NCBI GenBank assembly: GCA_031286995.1
Contig: JAITTS010000097.1
Location: forward strand, 1-60,360
Origin: Oscillospiraceae bacterium
GTDB lineage: Bacteria; Bacillota; Clostridia; Christensenellales; Aristaeellaceae
Reading direction: 5' to 3'
DNA: 60,360 nucleotides
Below are positions 8,860 through 17,986 of the stretch, piece by piece; position 1 is the stretch's first letter; the number at the start of each line of letters is the position of its first letter. The notes below the pieces were generated by a model that saw only the letters and a list, made by a program, of their open reading frames with translations, ran no database searches and had not been told where the DNA came from. Made by a program: the position numbers and the translations under genes.

Positions 8860-9735
8860 ATGAAAGCCTGTCTTACGCTGTTGCGGCCCAAGCATGCGGT
8901 CAAAAATCTGTTGATCTGGCTGCCGCTAATCTTCAGCGGGCGTCTTTTTCAACGCGCGTCTCTTTTGAGCGCTGCGCTGGGCTTTGTCGCTTTTTGCTGC
9001 GCCGCAAGCGCGGTGTATGTGATCAACGACATGTGGGATGCGCCCAGCGACCGCCGTCACACCACCAAGCGCTTGCGGCCCATTGCCTGTGGCGCTGTCA
9101 GCCTGCGCGCCGCGGCCTACCTGGCCACCCTGGCGCTCTCTTTGGCCTGCGGCATACTGGCGGCCGCCGGCTTCCCTTGGGCGGCTTGGGCCACCCTGGG
9201 CCTGTACTTGCTGCTCAACGCGGGTTACAGTGTGCTGGGCTGGAAGCGCGTACCCCTGCTGGATGTTGCCATACTGGCTGCGGGCTTTGTGCTGCGGGTG
9301 CTGTTTGGCGCGGTGATTACGGGCATACAGATATCTAACTGGCTCTACCTGACGGTGTTCGCCCTATCCTTCTACATGGGGCTGGGTAAGCGCAGGGGTG
9401 AGGCGCTGCGGGAGACCACGGCGGCACGGCCGGTGCTGACCCGTTACACCCGCGCCTTTTTAGAGCAAAATATGCACATGTGCCTGACCCTGGCCGTGGT
9501 GTTCTACGCCCTGTGGTGCGTAGACCCGGCCACTGTGGCCCGGCATGCCAACGCGGGCGCGGTGTGGACGGTGCCCCTGGTGCTGTTGCTGACCATGCGC
9601 TACAGCATGGTGGCAGAGGGGGATAGCGACGGTGACCCGGTGGAAGTGATACTGCGCGACAAGCCGCTGCTCATCTTGGGTGCGCTGTACGCCGCCTGCA
9701 TGCTGGTGATCGTGTACGGGCTGCCGGGGGCGTGA
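8860..9735 (+). CDS. UbiA-superfamily prenyltransferase, decaprenyl-phosphate phosphoribosyltransferase-like
   Basis: The translation KACLTLLRPKHAVKNLLIWLPLIF, the Asp-rich motif VINDMWDAPSDRRH (NDxxDxxxD) and the multi-TM body match this family. GGTGAGGTG lies 6 nt before ATG 8860; the track start is GTG 8851. Confidence 0.75.
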   Translation: MKACLTLLRPKHAVKNLLIWLPLIFSGRLFQRASLLSAALGFVAFCCAASAVYVINDMWDAPSDRRHTTKRLRPIACGAVSLRAAAYLATLALSLACGILAAAGFPWAAWATLGLYLLLNAGYSVLGWKRVPLLDVAILAAGFVLRVLFGAVITGIQISNWLYLTVFALSFYMGLGKRRGEALRETTAARPVLTRYTRAFLEQNMHMCLTLAVVFYALWCVDPATVARHANAGAVWTVPLVLLLTMRYSMVAEGDSDGDPVEVILRDKPLLILGALYAACMLVIVYGLPGA

Positions 9736-9744
9736 GGGATCGTT

Positions 9745-9794
9745 AAAAAAAGGGCTGCCTTGCTTTCCATTTGGTCAGCAAGCAGCCCTTTTCG
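9745..9794. terminator. Bidirectional intrinsic terminator between convergent genes
   Basis: AAAAAAAGGGCTGCcTTGCT...AGCAAGCAGCCCTTTT: a GC-rich stem flanked by an A-run and a T-run. Confidence 0.7.
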
Positions 9795-9801
9795 GCTTTG
9801 T

Positions 9802-11886
9802 TTAAAATAATATCTCCAGCCTGGGGTGCTTTTGTTCTGCCAGCACCACTTTTTGCTGCTCCGTCAAGGGGTTGCCGGTAAGATTCAGCCAAGTGAGATA
9901 GGCAAAGTCGGTCAACTCTTGCGCGTGCTCAGAAATCAAGTTTTGAGAGAGATCCAGCCTGGCCAGCACTGAAAGATGCAGCAGCATATCCACCTCGGTT
10001 ACGCCGTTGCCGGATAGAGCCAGTTCCCGCAGGTTGTAGTAGGGCACCAACTGACGGAAGTTGATGAACCCGGTGCGGGAAAGATCCAACCGCCGCAACT
10101 TCTCCTGGGGTTGCATTAGCTTGCTGATGTCGTTGATCGGGATGCCTGCCAGGTACAGGCTTTCCAGCGCGGATAAGCGGCGGATGGCCTTTAGATCGGT
10201 TACGGCATTGTCGCTGATATCCAGCAGTATCAGTTGGGTCATCTTGCTGAGCACAGAAATATCGCGAATGCTGTTGCGGGCCAGTTTCAGCGTGGTCATC
10301 TTCTTCATGCCCGATAAGGGGCCAATGTCGCTGATGGCGTTGCCCGAGAGGTTGAGCACTTCCAGCAAGGTGAGATTTTTCAAAGGCGCTATGTTTTGTA
10401 CCTGGGCATCGTTGAGGGCGAGCGTGTGTATTTGCCGCAGCCCAGATAGCGGGCCCAGGTTTTGTACCTGCGAGTTGGGCAGGCTGAGAAATTGCAGATT
10501 GGGCAGCGAGGCCAGCGGCCCCAGGTCGCTGATGCCCTCGCCGGAGAGAGAGAGCATTTCTAGCTGCGGAAAGGATGACACAAAACTGAGCGTGCCAAAG
10601 TTGTTACCCACCGCCGTCAGCGCGGTCAGTTGCCGTAGCGCGGCGAGGGGCGAATAATCCGTGGCGGGTATGTCACTGACGGTCAGTGTGTGCAGCCCGG
10701 TCAACTGGCCCAGCGTGGATAGGTCGCTGATGGGGTTGCCGGCCACATCCAGCGCGGCGAGGGCAGACAGGGGTGCCAAGGGCGAAAGGTCACTCACCTG
10801 GTTACCGTTAAACTGCAGCACGGATAGCTGCGCCAGGCTCGCTATGGGCGAGAGGTCACTCACCTGGTTGTGCGAAAAGCGCAGATCCCGCAACTGCGAA
10901 AGGCTGGCCAAACCGCTGATATCAGATAGCGCGTTTTCGGAAATATCCAGGCTCGTCAGCTTTGCCATACCGCTTAGGGAGGGTATGACAGAGACAAAGT
11001 TTTTGCCCATGCGCAGGTTGCTCAGCTCCCGCAGGTTCGCCAGCGGGCTGATATCCGTCACCCGGTTCCCGGTAATATCCAGCAGCGACAGGTAGGGCAG
11101 GGATTCCAGGGGCGAAAGATCTACCACCCGGTTGCTGGATAACCGCAGGGTGGTCAACTGGGTCAGCCCCGCCAGGGGCGAAAGATCGGTGATGTAGTTG
11201 CCGTCAATGTACAGTGTGCGCAGGTTGCGCAGGTTTTGTATGCCCTCAATGTTGGTCAAATCCTGCCGGATCAGGTTCAACTCCGTCACATCGGGGGAGA
11301 TGGCGCGCCAATCCACGCCCTGCTCCGGCACCTCTTCATCCAGCGGCATGGCGGGGATGGGGGCCGGTGTGGGTGCAGGGGTTGGCAATGCCGTGGGCTC
11401 GGGCGTGGGTACAGGGGTCGGCAATGCCGTAGGCTCAAGCGTCGGCGTCGGTACGGGGGTCGGTATTTGGGTCGGTGCCGGCGAGACGGGCGCAGCCGTG
11501 GCTGTGGGCACGGGGGTCGGGGTGGCCGCGGCCGCAGGCTGCGCGGTGGGCGCGACCGTAGGCCGCACTGTGGGCGTGGGCGAGGGCAGCGGCGTAATAG
11601 CGGACAGCGGTGTGGGCGTATAGCCCGGTGGCGGCGTGGTAGGCTTTAGCGTGATGCGCGGCCTCGGCGTGGGCGTGGGCGTGGGGATGGGCGTAGCCGT
11701 GGGTTTTACGGTCGCCAGCGGCACGCTGGTGGGGATGGGCGTGGCCATGGATACGGCCAGCAACACCCTGCCCTGCGGCAGGGCGTCCGCCCGGGCGGCA
11801 TCGCGCGACAGCATGGGCCCCATCAGTTCACACGCCGCGACCAGCGTAGCGCACAGCGCCGCTACTACTGTTCTAGCGCGTTTCAT
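9802..11886 (-). CDS. Internalin-like leucine-rich-repeat surface protein, probably a lipoprotein
   Basis: The signal/lipobox-like N-terminus is MKRARTVVAALCATLVAAC. A Pro/Thr-rich linker follows, then about 20 consecutive 22-aa LRRs of the form LxxLxxLxLxxNxIxDISPL. There is no LPXTG motif at the C-terminus. Confidence 0.8.
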   Translation of the reverse strand: MKRARTVVAALCATLVAACELMGPMLSRDAARADALPQGRVLLAVSMATPIPTSVPLATVKPTATPIPTPTPTPRPRITLKPTTPPPGYTPTPLSAITPLPSPTPTVRPTVAPTAQPAAAATPTPVPTATAAPVSPAPTQIPTPVPTPTLEPTALPTPVPTPEPTALPTPAPTPAPIPAMPLDEEVPEQGVDWRAISPDVTELNLIRQDLTNIEGIQNLRNLRTLYIDGNYITDLSPLAGLTQLTTLRLSSNRVVDLSPLESLPYLSLLDITGNRVTDISPLANLRELSNLRMGKNFVSVIPSLSGMAKLTSLDISENALSDISGLASLSQLRDLRFSHNQVSDLSPIASLAQLSVLQFNGNQVSDLSPLAPLSALAALDVAGNPISDLSTLGQLTGLHTLTVSDIPATDYSPLAALRQLTALTAVGNNFGTLSFVSSFPQLEMLSLSGEGISDLGPLASLPNLQFLSLPNSQVQNLGPLSGLRQIHTLALNDAQVQNIAPLKNLTLLEVLNLSGNAISDIGPLSGMKKMTTLKLARNSIRDISVLSKMTQLILLDISDNAVTDLKAIRRLSALESLYLAGIPINDISKLMQPQEKLRRLDLSRTGFINFRQLVPYYNLRELALSGNGVTEVDMLLHLSVLARLDLSQNLISEHAQELTDFAYLTWLNLTGNPLTEQQKVVLAEQKHPRLEILF
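11334..11751 (-). repeat. Low-complexity Pro/Thr-rich linker coding region with short internal tandem duplications
   Basis: It encodes TPIPTPTPTPRP...PTPVPTPTLEPTALPTPVPTPEPTALPTPAPTPAPIP. Repeated ggcaatgccgt(g/a)ggctc units are visible at about 11385-11440. Confidence 0.7.
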
Positions 11887-12034
11887 ACCGTATCCTCCCT
11901 TTGCCGTATGCTTTTTATTATGGTAAAAAGAACCGACCTATACAAAAATTCTTACCTTAACAACAGTATAGCCATTTTTATGCGTCTGTCAATACCTGCG
12001 CGGGCGGGCAGGCGGCTATGAGCGCCGCGCCCGT

Positions 12035-13402
12035 TTAATGCAGCCTGCCCAGGTAGGTCTTGACGCCTGCTTCCTTCACCCACTGCGCCACCACTTCCTC
12101 ATAGGCGGCATCCTGCTTGGTGGTCAGCAGTTCGCCCTGCAACGTGCTGTGCACGGTGGCGATATCCACCGCGCTCTCTGCCAAGTCATCCGCATAGCGC
12201 AGAATGTGGTAGCCGTAGTTGGTCTGCACCAAATCCGAAATGTCCCCGGGCTTGGCCAAAGCCATGGCCGCTTGCTGAAAGGCGGGCTCGTAGGTGGTCA
12301 TGCCCTCGCACAGGGCATAGCCCTGGGTCTTGGCGGGCTCGCTCTGCATGCCGGGGTCTTGGCCGTAGTTAACCACCAGGCTGTCGAAGTTAAGGCCCAA
12401 TTGCGCCTTTTGCAGCACGGCCTGGGCATCCGGCAGTACGGCCTCAAAGGCGGTCTTTTTCAGCTCTTCCAGCTCCGCAGCGGCTGCGGCGTCTTGGGTG
12501 TTCAGTTCATCCAACTGCTTTTGCGCATCCGCGCGGTTTTGGGCCAGGCTCTCCAGATCTTCGGCGGATGCGCCCTCCGGAACCGCCCGATCCACCTGCT
12601 GCTGCAGATCCTGCTTGGCGGCGGCGTTGCCGTCAATTTTCGCCTGCAGTTCAGTCATGCGGGTCTTTGCCTCATCGGCGATCTGGATGAGCACGTGCTT
12701 GATGTAGCGATATCCGGCGGGTACATAGTAGATGGCGGATCCGCTGGAAAGGTCGCTGCCGTACTGGGGCAGGTTGGCGGCGTAGGCATCTTTCTTCTCT
12801 TGTATGCGGGTATTGTAGGCCGCGGTGATCTCATCTTCGCCCACGGCCACATCCGCCACGCTCTGCGCGCGCAACTTGTCTTGCAGTTTTTGTTTTTTAA
12901 GGGATTCGATTACCTTATCCAGGGTGTAGTCGGCGGCCACAAGCCCCTCGTTCACCGCCGCGGTGAGGGCATCGCCCTCTAGCCCTTGCTCTGCGGCGAC
13001 CTGGGCGGTGTAGTTGGATACGGTGGTGTCGTAGGAGGTTTGCGCCTCTTCGGCAATGGCCTTCTCTTCCTCTTCCGTCCACACATCCAGGCCTTGGGCT
13101 TTGGCCTTCTGCAGCAGCACCAGGTTTTCGGCCAGGGCGCCGGCTGCGCTCTGTTCGGCCTCGCGGCGCACGGCGGCGTTGGTCGGGTCATAGCTTTGCC
13201 CAAACATGGCGTACAGTTGCGCCATGCTATTCAACTGGTTATCTACCTGCTGGTTAAATTCAGCCTTGGTGACGGTATCCGGGCCTACCTGCACGATGAC
13301 CTGCTGGGCATCCAGCACCGGGTCGGTGGCGATCAGGTTGCACCCGGAAAGCGCCAGCGCCGCCGCCAGTAGCACCGCCAGGAAGAAAATCGTCTTTTTC
13401 AT
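12035..13402 (-). CDS. PrsA/SurA-like peptidyl-prolyl isomerase lipoprotein
   Basis: The lipoprotein signal is MKKTIFFLAVLLAAALALSGC. A long helical chaperone region is followed by a parvulin-like C-terminus (GYRYIKHVLI ... NYGYHILRY). I trimmed the start to ATG 13402, which has a GAGAGGGG RBS. Confidence 0.8.
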   Translation of the reverse strand: MKKTIFFLAVLLAAALALSGCNLIATDPVLDAQQVIVQVGPDTVTKAEFNQQVDNQLNSMAQLYAMFGQSYDPTNAAVRREAEQSAAGALAENLVLLQKAKAQGLDVWTEEEEKAIAEEAQTSYDTTVSNYTAQVAAEQGLEGDALTAAVNEGLVAADYTLDKVIESLKKQKLQDKLRAQSVADVAVGEDEITAAYNTRIQEKKDAYAANLPQYGSDLSSGSAIYYVPAGYRYIKHVLIQIADEAKTRMTELQAKIDGNAAAKQDLQQQVDRAVPEGASAEDLESLAQNRADAQKQLDELNTQDAAAAAELEELKKTAFEAVLPDAQAVLQKAQLGLNFDSLVVNYGQDPGMQSEPAKTQGYALCEGMTTYEPAFQQAAMALAKPGDISDLVQTNYGYHILRYADDLAESAVDIATVHSTLQGELLTTKQDAAYEEVVAQWVKEAGVKTYLGRLH

Positions 13403-13478
13403 TGTCGTTTCGCCCCTCTCGTATGATACCGTGCCGAGATACCGCAACGCGCTGCCTCGGCAGATAACACTAGCATGT

Positions 13479-13507
13479 ATTATACCGAAAACCCGCAGAA
13501 CAGGCAA
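13479..13507 (-). promoter_or_regulatory. Sigma-A-type promoter for the PrsA-like gene
   Basis: The minus strand reads TTGCCT, a 17-nt spacer, then TATAAT. Confidence 0.45.
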
Positions 13508-13515
13508 GCGGTTTG

Positions 13516-14133
13516 TTAGCCCGGCGTCTGCTCCCGCAGCAGCTTCTCCAGCTTGCGCTTGACGCGCTGCAGCGCGTTGTCGATGGATTTAACGTGGCGA
13601 CCCAGCTCGTCGCTGATCTCTTGATAGCTGCGTCCATCCAAATACGCCGTCAGCACCTCCCACTCCAGGTCCGACAGCATCTCGCCTATGCGGCCCTCAA
13701 TGCGCGAAAAATCCTCCTGTCCGATCAGCAAATCCTCGGGGCTGGAGACACGGCCCTCGGTGATCACATCCAGCAGGGTGCGGTCGGATTCTTCATCATA
13801 GATAGGCTTGTTGAGGGATACGTAGGAGTTGAGGGGGATGTGCTTTTGCCGCGTGGCGGTCTTGATGGCGGTGATGATCTGACGGGTGATGCATAGCTCC
13901 GCAAAGGCGCGGAAGGAGGATCGCTCCAGCTGATAATCCCGGATGGCCTTGAAGAGGCCGATCATCCCCTCCTGCACAATATCCTCGTGATCCGCGCCGA
14001 TCAGGAAGTAAGAGCGAGCCTTGGAACGCACAAAGTTTTTATACTTGTTTAGCAAAAACTCCGCGGCCCGGTCGTCGCCTTCCTGCGCGCTCAAGGCCAC
14101 ATCCTCGTCGGGCATGTCCCGATACCGCTGCAC
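13516..14133 (-). CDS. sigH: RNA polymerase sporulation sigma factor SigH
   Basis: Very close to the SigH signature: KARSYFLIGADHEDIVQEGMIGLFKAIRDY...FAELCITRQIITAIKTATRQKHIPLNSYVSLNKPIYDEESDRTLLDVI. Confidence 0.93.
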   Translation of the reverse strand: MQRYRDMPDEDVALSAQEGDDRAAEFLLNKYKNFVRSKARSYFLIGADHEDIVQEGMIGLFKAIRDYQLERSSFRAFAELCITRQIITAIKTATRQKHIPLNSYVSLNKPIYDEESDRTLLDVITEGRVSSPEDLLIGQEDFSRIEGRIGEMLSDLEWEVLTAYLDGRSYQEISDELGRHVKSIDNALQRVKRKLEKLLREQTPG

Positions 14134-14287
14134 GCCGTTCTCCCCTTCCCAGCTTTTTTATCGCGTGTTCACCGCGGCGAAGCGATCCGGTTTTTCCTGC
14201 TTTCGCCGCAACAGCGCGCTGTCCCTTTGTCAACTCGTTTCCGTTTTCCCTCACGGGGAGGGATGGAGGGCAAGGAGAGGGAGGGGT

Positions 14288-15478
14288 CTATGGGCGGGCT
14301 TGCCTGCGGCTGCGCAGTACTTGGTAGAGCAGCACCCCCGCCGCCACCGAAGCGTTGAGCGAGTCAATGCGCCCTGCCAGCGGAATGGCCAGGCGGCGGT
14401 CGCACTTTTCCAGTACCAGGCGGGATACACCTTCGCCCTCCGCGCCGATGACCAACGCCATGGGGCCGGATAGGTCGCAGCCGTCGTACGGCTCGCCCGC
14501 CGTGTGGGCGGCGTACACCCAGACGCCGCGTACCTGCAATTGCTCAATGAGGCGGGGGATGTTGCCCGCGCGCGCCACCTTCACGTATTCCACTGCCCCG
14601 GCGGATGCTTTGACCGCCGCGGGGGTCAGGCCCACGGCCCGGCGCTCGGGCACGATGATGCCGTGGGCGCCCACGCACTCCGCTGTGCGGATGACAGCGC
14701 CCAGGTTGTGCGGATCCGTCACGCCATCCAGAATGACCAAAAAGGGCGGTTCGCCCCGCTGTTCGGCCAAGGCCAGCATGTCATCCACCGTGGCGTAGCG
14801 GTAAGCGGATGCGAACGCCACCATGCCCTGATGACCGGGGGAGAGCATATCCAGCCTGGCCCTATCCACCTGCTGCACCACCACGCGGCGCTCTCTGGCC
14901 ATGGCGATGATTTCTCTGGCGGATCCGCTCAAATCCCCCCGGGCCACCAGCAACTTTTCCATGTCGCGCCCGGCTTTCAGCGCCTCCCGGATGGGATTGC
15001 GCCCTGCCAGCATGTTTTCGCGGGGCAAATCTTCATCCGGCGGGACGGGGACAGCTGGTCTGGGCGATACGCTCTCGAAAGCGGCCCTCTTCGGCCAGGG
15101 TTGATGGGCCGGGGTTTCGGAGTGGTCTGTTCTGCCAGAGGGAAATCTTTGCGCGGGCGCTCGCTGCGCGCGGGGGGCGGGCACCCATTCTCCCCGTTGG
15201 CGCGGCGGCCCGTAGGGGCGGGGGGCCTTCCCCATGGTTCCTGCGCGCTCGGCCGTCTCCGGTGGGCGCGATTGCGCGGGCGTCTCCATTGTGCGCGAGA
15301 CCGGGGCTCTGCCATAGGCCGGAGCATCCGCCTGCGGCCCATCCTTTCTCCTTGGCTTGTAGGGATGCTGCGCATCCCCTTGCTGCCGCCAGGCCGCGTG
15401 GGGCCTATCCTGATTGTACCATCTGCCGCCGCCGGTACCGCCGGCGCCTTTGCCGCTGTTTTTGCGATTGTTGGCCAT
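14288..15478 (-). CDS. rlmB: 23S rRNA (guanosine-2'-O)-methyltransferase RlmB (SpoU/TrmH family) with a ~150-aa R/P/G-rich N-terminal extension
   Basis: The C-terminal 250 aa has the motifs GRNPIREAL, LDGVTDPHNLGAVIRTAE, LVIGAEGEGVS and IDSLNASVAAGVLLY. ATG 15478 follows a GAGGGAG RBS. Confidence 0.88.
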   Translation of the reverse strand: MANNRKNSGKGAGGTGGGRWYNQDRPHAAWRQQGDAQHPYKPRRKDGPQADAPAYGRAPVSRTMETPAQSRPPETAERAGTMGKAPRPYGPPRQRGEWVPAPRAQRAPAQRFPSGRTDHSETPAHQPWPKRAAFESVSPRPAVPVPPDEDLPRENMLAGRNPIREALKAGRDMEKLLVARGDLSGSAREIIAMARERRVVVQQVDRARLDMLSPGHQGMVAFASAYRYATVDDMLALAEQRGEPPFLVILDGVTDPHNLGAVIRTAECVGAHGIIVPERRAVGLTPAAVKASAGAVEYVKVARAGNIPRLIEQLQVRGVWVYAAHTAGEPYDGCDLSGPMALVIGAEGEGVSRLVLEKCDRRLAIPLAGRIDSLNASVAAGVLLYQVLRSRRQARP

Positions 15479-15511
15479 AGGGGTCTCCCTCTGCGGCTTG
15501 TGCCGCACTGA

Positions 15512-16270
15512 TTATTCCGTCTCGCCGTCCATCCGGCCTGTCTTTAGCCGGGCGATATCCTCGCGCACGCGCGCGGCTTGGCCACAGGTCTTGGCTCCCT
15601 CCGGGCAGCCCGAGGCCACGCACCCAGGCCCCGCCTGCGCAAAGAGCGCCGGGGCCGCCGCAAAGGCCAGGCGCAGCATCTGCCGGGCCAGGGCGCGTAT
15701 CTCCCACTGGGCACGGCTGCAGCAGCGCAAGGCAAAAAAGTGCAGCAACTCCCGCGCGTTCATGGTCAACAGCAAGCGGGTGCAGCACGCGCCTGGCAAC
15801 ACAAAGCGCGCGTCCTCGTTGGCAGCCTCGCCCGCGCCGCCCAGCCGCTGCCGCCAGGCCGCATACCAGGCGTTCATCTGCGCCATCTGGCTGTGATAAT
15901 CCTGCACAGCCTGAGACCCCAGCCCGGCGATGGCAGGCGGCACCACGTAGTCGAAGCCTACCGCGCCATCCAGCGCCACGTAACGCTGGGATTGCACGCT
16001 GAAACTGGCGATGCGGTGCCTGGTCAACTGCGCCAGCAGCACCCGCGAGACGCCCTCTACGCCGAAGGTGAACACCGCGTGCTCCGCTACGGAAGCGTGC
16101 CCGCTGTGCATCACCCGATCCAGAAAACCCGCCTGATCCTCACCCGCTACCCGCGCCTGCAACGCCTCCAGGTCATCCGCGCTGTAGCACGCCCGCGCGC
16201 CCAGGGCGGCCAGCGCGTCCGCTTCCGCGGTGGCGCGTATCAGTGTCACCCGCAGTGTCTTTTCCGCCAC
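15512..16270 (-). CDS. thyX: FAD-dependent thymidylate synthase ThyX
   Basis: The ThyX motif is present: TRHRIASFSVQSQRY, preceded by HASVAEHAVFTF. Confidence 0.9.
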   Translation of the reverse strand: MAEKTLRVTLIRATAEADALAALGARACYSADDLEALQARVAGEDQAGFLDRVMHSGHASVAEHAVFTFGVEGVSRVLLAQLTRHRIASFSVQSQRYVALDGAVGFDYVVPPAIAGLGSQAVQDYHSQMAQMNAWYAAWRQRLGGAGEAANEDARFVLPGACCTRLLLTMNARELLHFFALRCCSRAQWEIRALARQMLRLAFAAAPALFAQAGPGCVASGCPEGAKTCGQAARVREDIARLKTGRMDGETE

Positions 16271-16272
16271 GC

Positions 16273-16734
16273 TCAGCCTTCTCCCTTCGCCCGCGTTTCT
16301 GTTTCCATGGCGCGTAGGCCCGCGCGCAGCAACTGCGCCAGCCGCTCATGCTCGCCTACCAGGTACAGGTAGCCCCACAGGGCCTCAAGCCCGGTGGCCA
16401 GTTGGTAATCCGCCGGGTCGGCGCGCTTGGGCACGCTGTGGTGCGGGTGGGCGTTGCGGCCCCGGCGGATGAGTTCGCGCTCTCTGTCGGTCAGCAGGGG
16501 CGCCACATACTGCGCCCAGCGCGCCTGCGCCGCCGCGCAAACCAGGGTCACCGCCCGCTTGTGCAGACCGCCCACTGCGTAACCAAGCCCCAGCAGATGG
16601 GTGCGCACGAACAGATCGTGCACGGTATCCCCCACGTAGGCCAACTGGAGAGGGTTGAGCGCCCAGGCCGCCTGGGCATCCATGGGGGTGAGCAGGGCGC
16701 CCGTGGGCGCGGGGGCTTGTCCTTCCAACCGCAA
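16273..16734 (-). CDS. mrnC: Mini-ribonuclease 3
   Basis: NPLQLAYVGDTVHDLFVR is the RNase III signature within a ~140-aa protein. It sits upstream of rlmB and sigH, as in Bacillus. Confidence 0.85.
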   Translation of the reverse strand: MRLEGQAPAPTGALLTPMDAQAAWALNPLQLAYVGDTVHDLFVRTHLLGLGYAVGGLHKRAVTLVCAAAQARWAQYVAPLLTDRERELIRRGRNAHPHHSVPKRADPADYQLATGLEALWGYLYLVGEHERLAQLLRAGLRAMETETRAKGEG

Positions 16735-16786
16735 GTCTCCTCATGTGCCGGGCCACGCCAGGCAAAAATCGCCTTGAAACGCTGTG

Positions 16787-16815
16787 ATTATAGCAAACAA
16801 CGCGCGTTCTGTCCA
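16787..16815 (-). promoter_or_regulatory. Sigma-A-type promoter for mrnC-thyX-rlmB
   Basis: The minus strand reads TGGACA, a 17-nt spacer, then TATAAT. Confidence 0.45.
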
Positions 16816-17005
16816 GCAGAACCGGGCGGCGGGGCGACGGCGCAGCGGCAGGGAGAGTGCCCGCGCCTGCAGCGCGGCACGGGCAACCGTCTCCTTCGCA
16901 CGCCAGGGGTTTTGCTGTTTTCAGTGATGCGGAAAGTTTCGGCCCCGCGCGTAGTCCCCTTGCGCACGCAAAATCCCCGTTCAGAGGTGGGCGCGGGATT
17001 GCCCG

Positions 17006-17764
17006 CTAGCGCTGCTGTGCAGCCAGCGCCTGGGGCCGCTCATCCAGCGCGAACCACGCCAGCACGCCTTCGCACACACTCTGGGCTATGCGCTGACGGT
17101 AATCGGCGGATTGCAGCAGTGCCTCCTCGGCGCGGTTGGATAAAAAACCGCACTCAACCAGGGCGGCGGGCAGACCCAGGGTCAGTACGTAGTAATCCCC
17201 GGCCTGTACGGTGCGGGCCCGGGATGGCTGCAGGGTGTCGTTCATGCACTGCTGCAGGGTTTCGGCCAGCAGCCTGCCCGCCGGGCAGCGAGGCCGATGG
17301 AATACCTGTGGGCCGGATTGCCGCCTATCCGCGTACTCGTTCATGTGGATGCTCAGCAGCAGTTCCGCCCCACCGGATGCGACCAGGGCAGCCCGGCGCT
17401 GCATATCCTGTAATTTTTTGCGGATGAGCGGATCTTCGTCGCACAGGGCGTAGTCCCCGTCGCGGGTCAGCAGCACCTGCGCGCCCTGGGCCGTCAGCAG
17501 ATCCCGCAGGCGCAAGGCCACATCCAGATTCAAATCCTTTTCCAGCACGCGGGTGGCTCCACCCACCGCGCCGCCGTCGTAGCCGCCGTGGCCCGCATCC
17601 ACTGCCACCACGCGGCCGGATAGAGGGCCTGCGGGCGGCGCGGGTGCGGGCTGCGCCGGACGGGCGCGCAGATTGCCCCAGGCTACAAGCGCCAGCGCGG
17701 CGGCGCAGCAAGCTGCCGAGCATAGGCCCAACGCCTTGCGCCAACCCCGGCGGGTGCCCTCCAT
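17006..17764 (-). CDS. cwlD: N-acetylmuramoyl-L-alanine amidase, CwlD-like (Amidase_3)
   Basis: A single TM/signal segment is followed by VVAVDAGHGGYDGGA, EKDLNLDVALRL and LLLSIHMNEY. ATG 17764 follows GGGAGGGAAG. Confidence 0.8.
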   Translation of the reverse strand: MEGTRRGWRKALGLCSAACCAAALALVAWGNLRARPAQPAPAPPAGPLSGRVVAVDAGHGGYDGGAVGGATRVLEKDLNLDVALRLRDLLTAQGAQVLLTRDGDYALCDEDPLIRKKLQDMQRRAALVASGGAELLLSIHMNEYADRRQSGPQVFHRPRCPAGRLLAETLQQCMNDTLQPSRARTVQAGDYYVLTLGLPAALVECGFLSNRAEEALLQSADYRQRIAQSVCEGVLAWFALDERPQALAAQQR

Positions 17765-17986
17765 ACGCTTCCCTCCCGCGCCGCGCTTCACCGTTTTTTT
17801 GACGATTCATCCTTGCATATGCAGCCGGTTTTTGGGGGTGTATTATGCATAGACGGAAGCTGAGCGCCCATATTTCGGGGGGCTTTTGATCAGCCGTTGT
17901 CCCTGCGCTGCATATTCATCCCCGGATGATGCTTGTCAAATCATCGCGGTATTCATTCTACAGTTTGCTTTGTTCATCGAATATAA

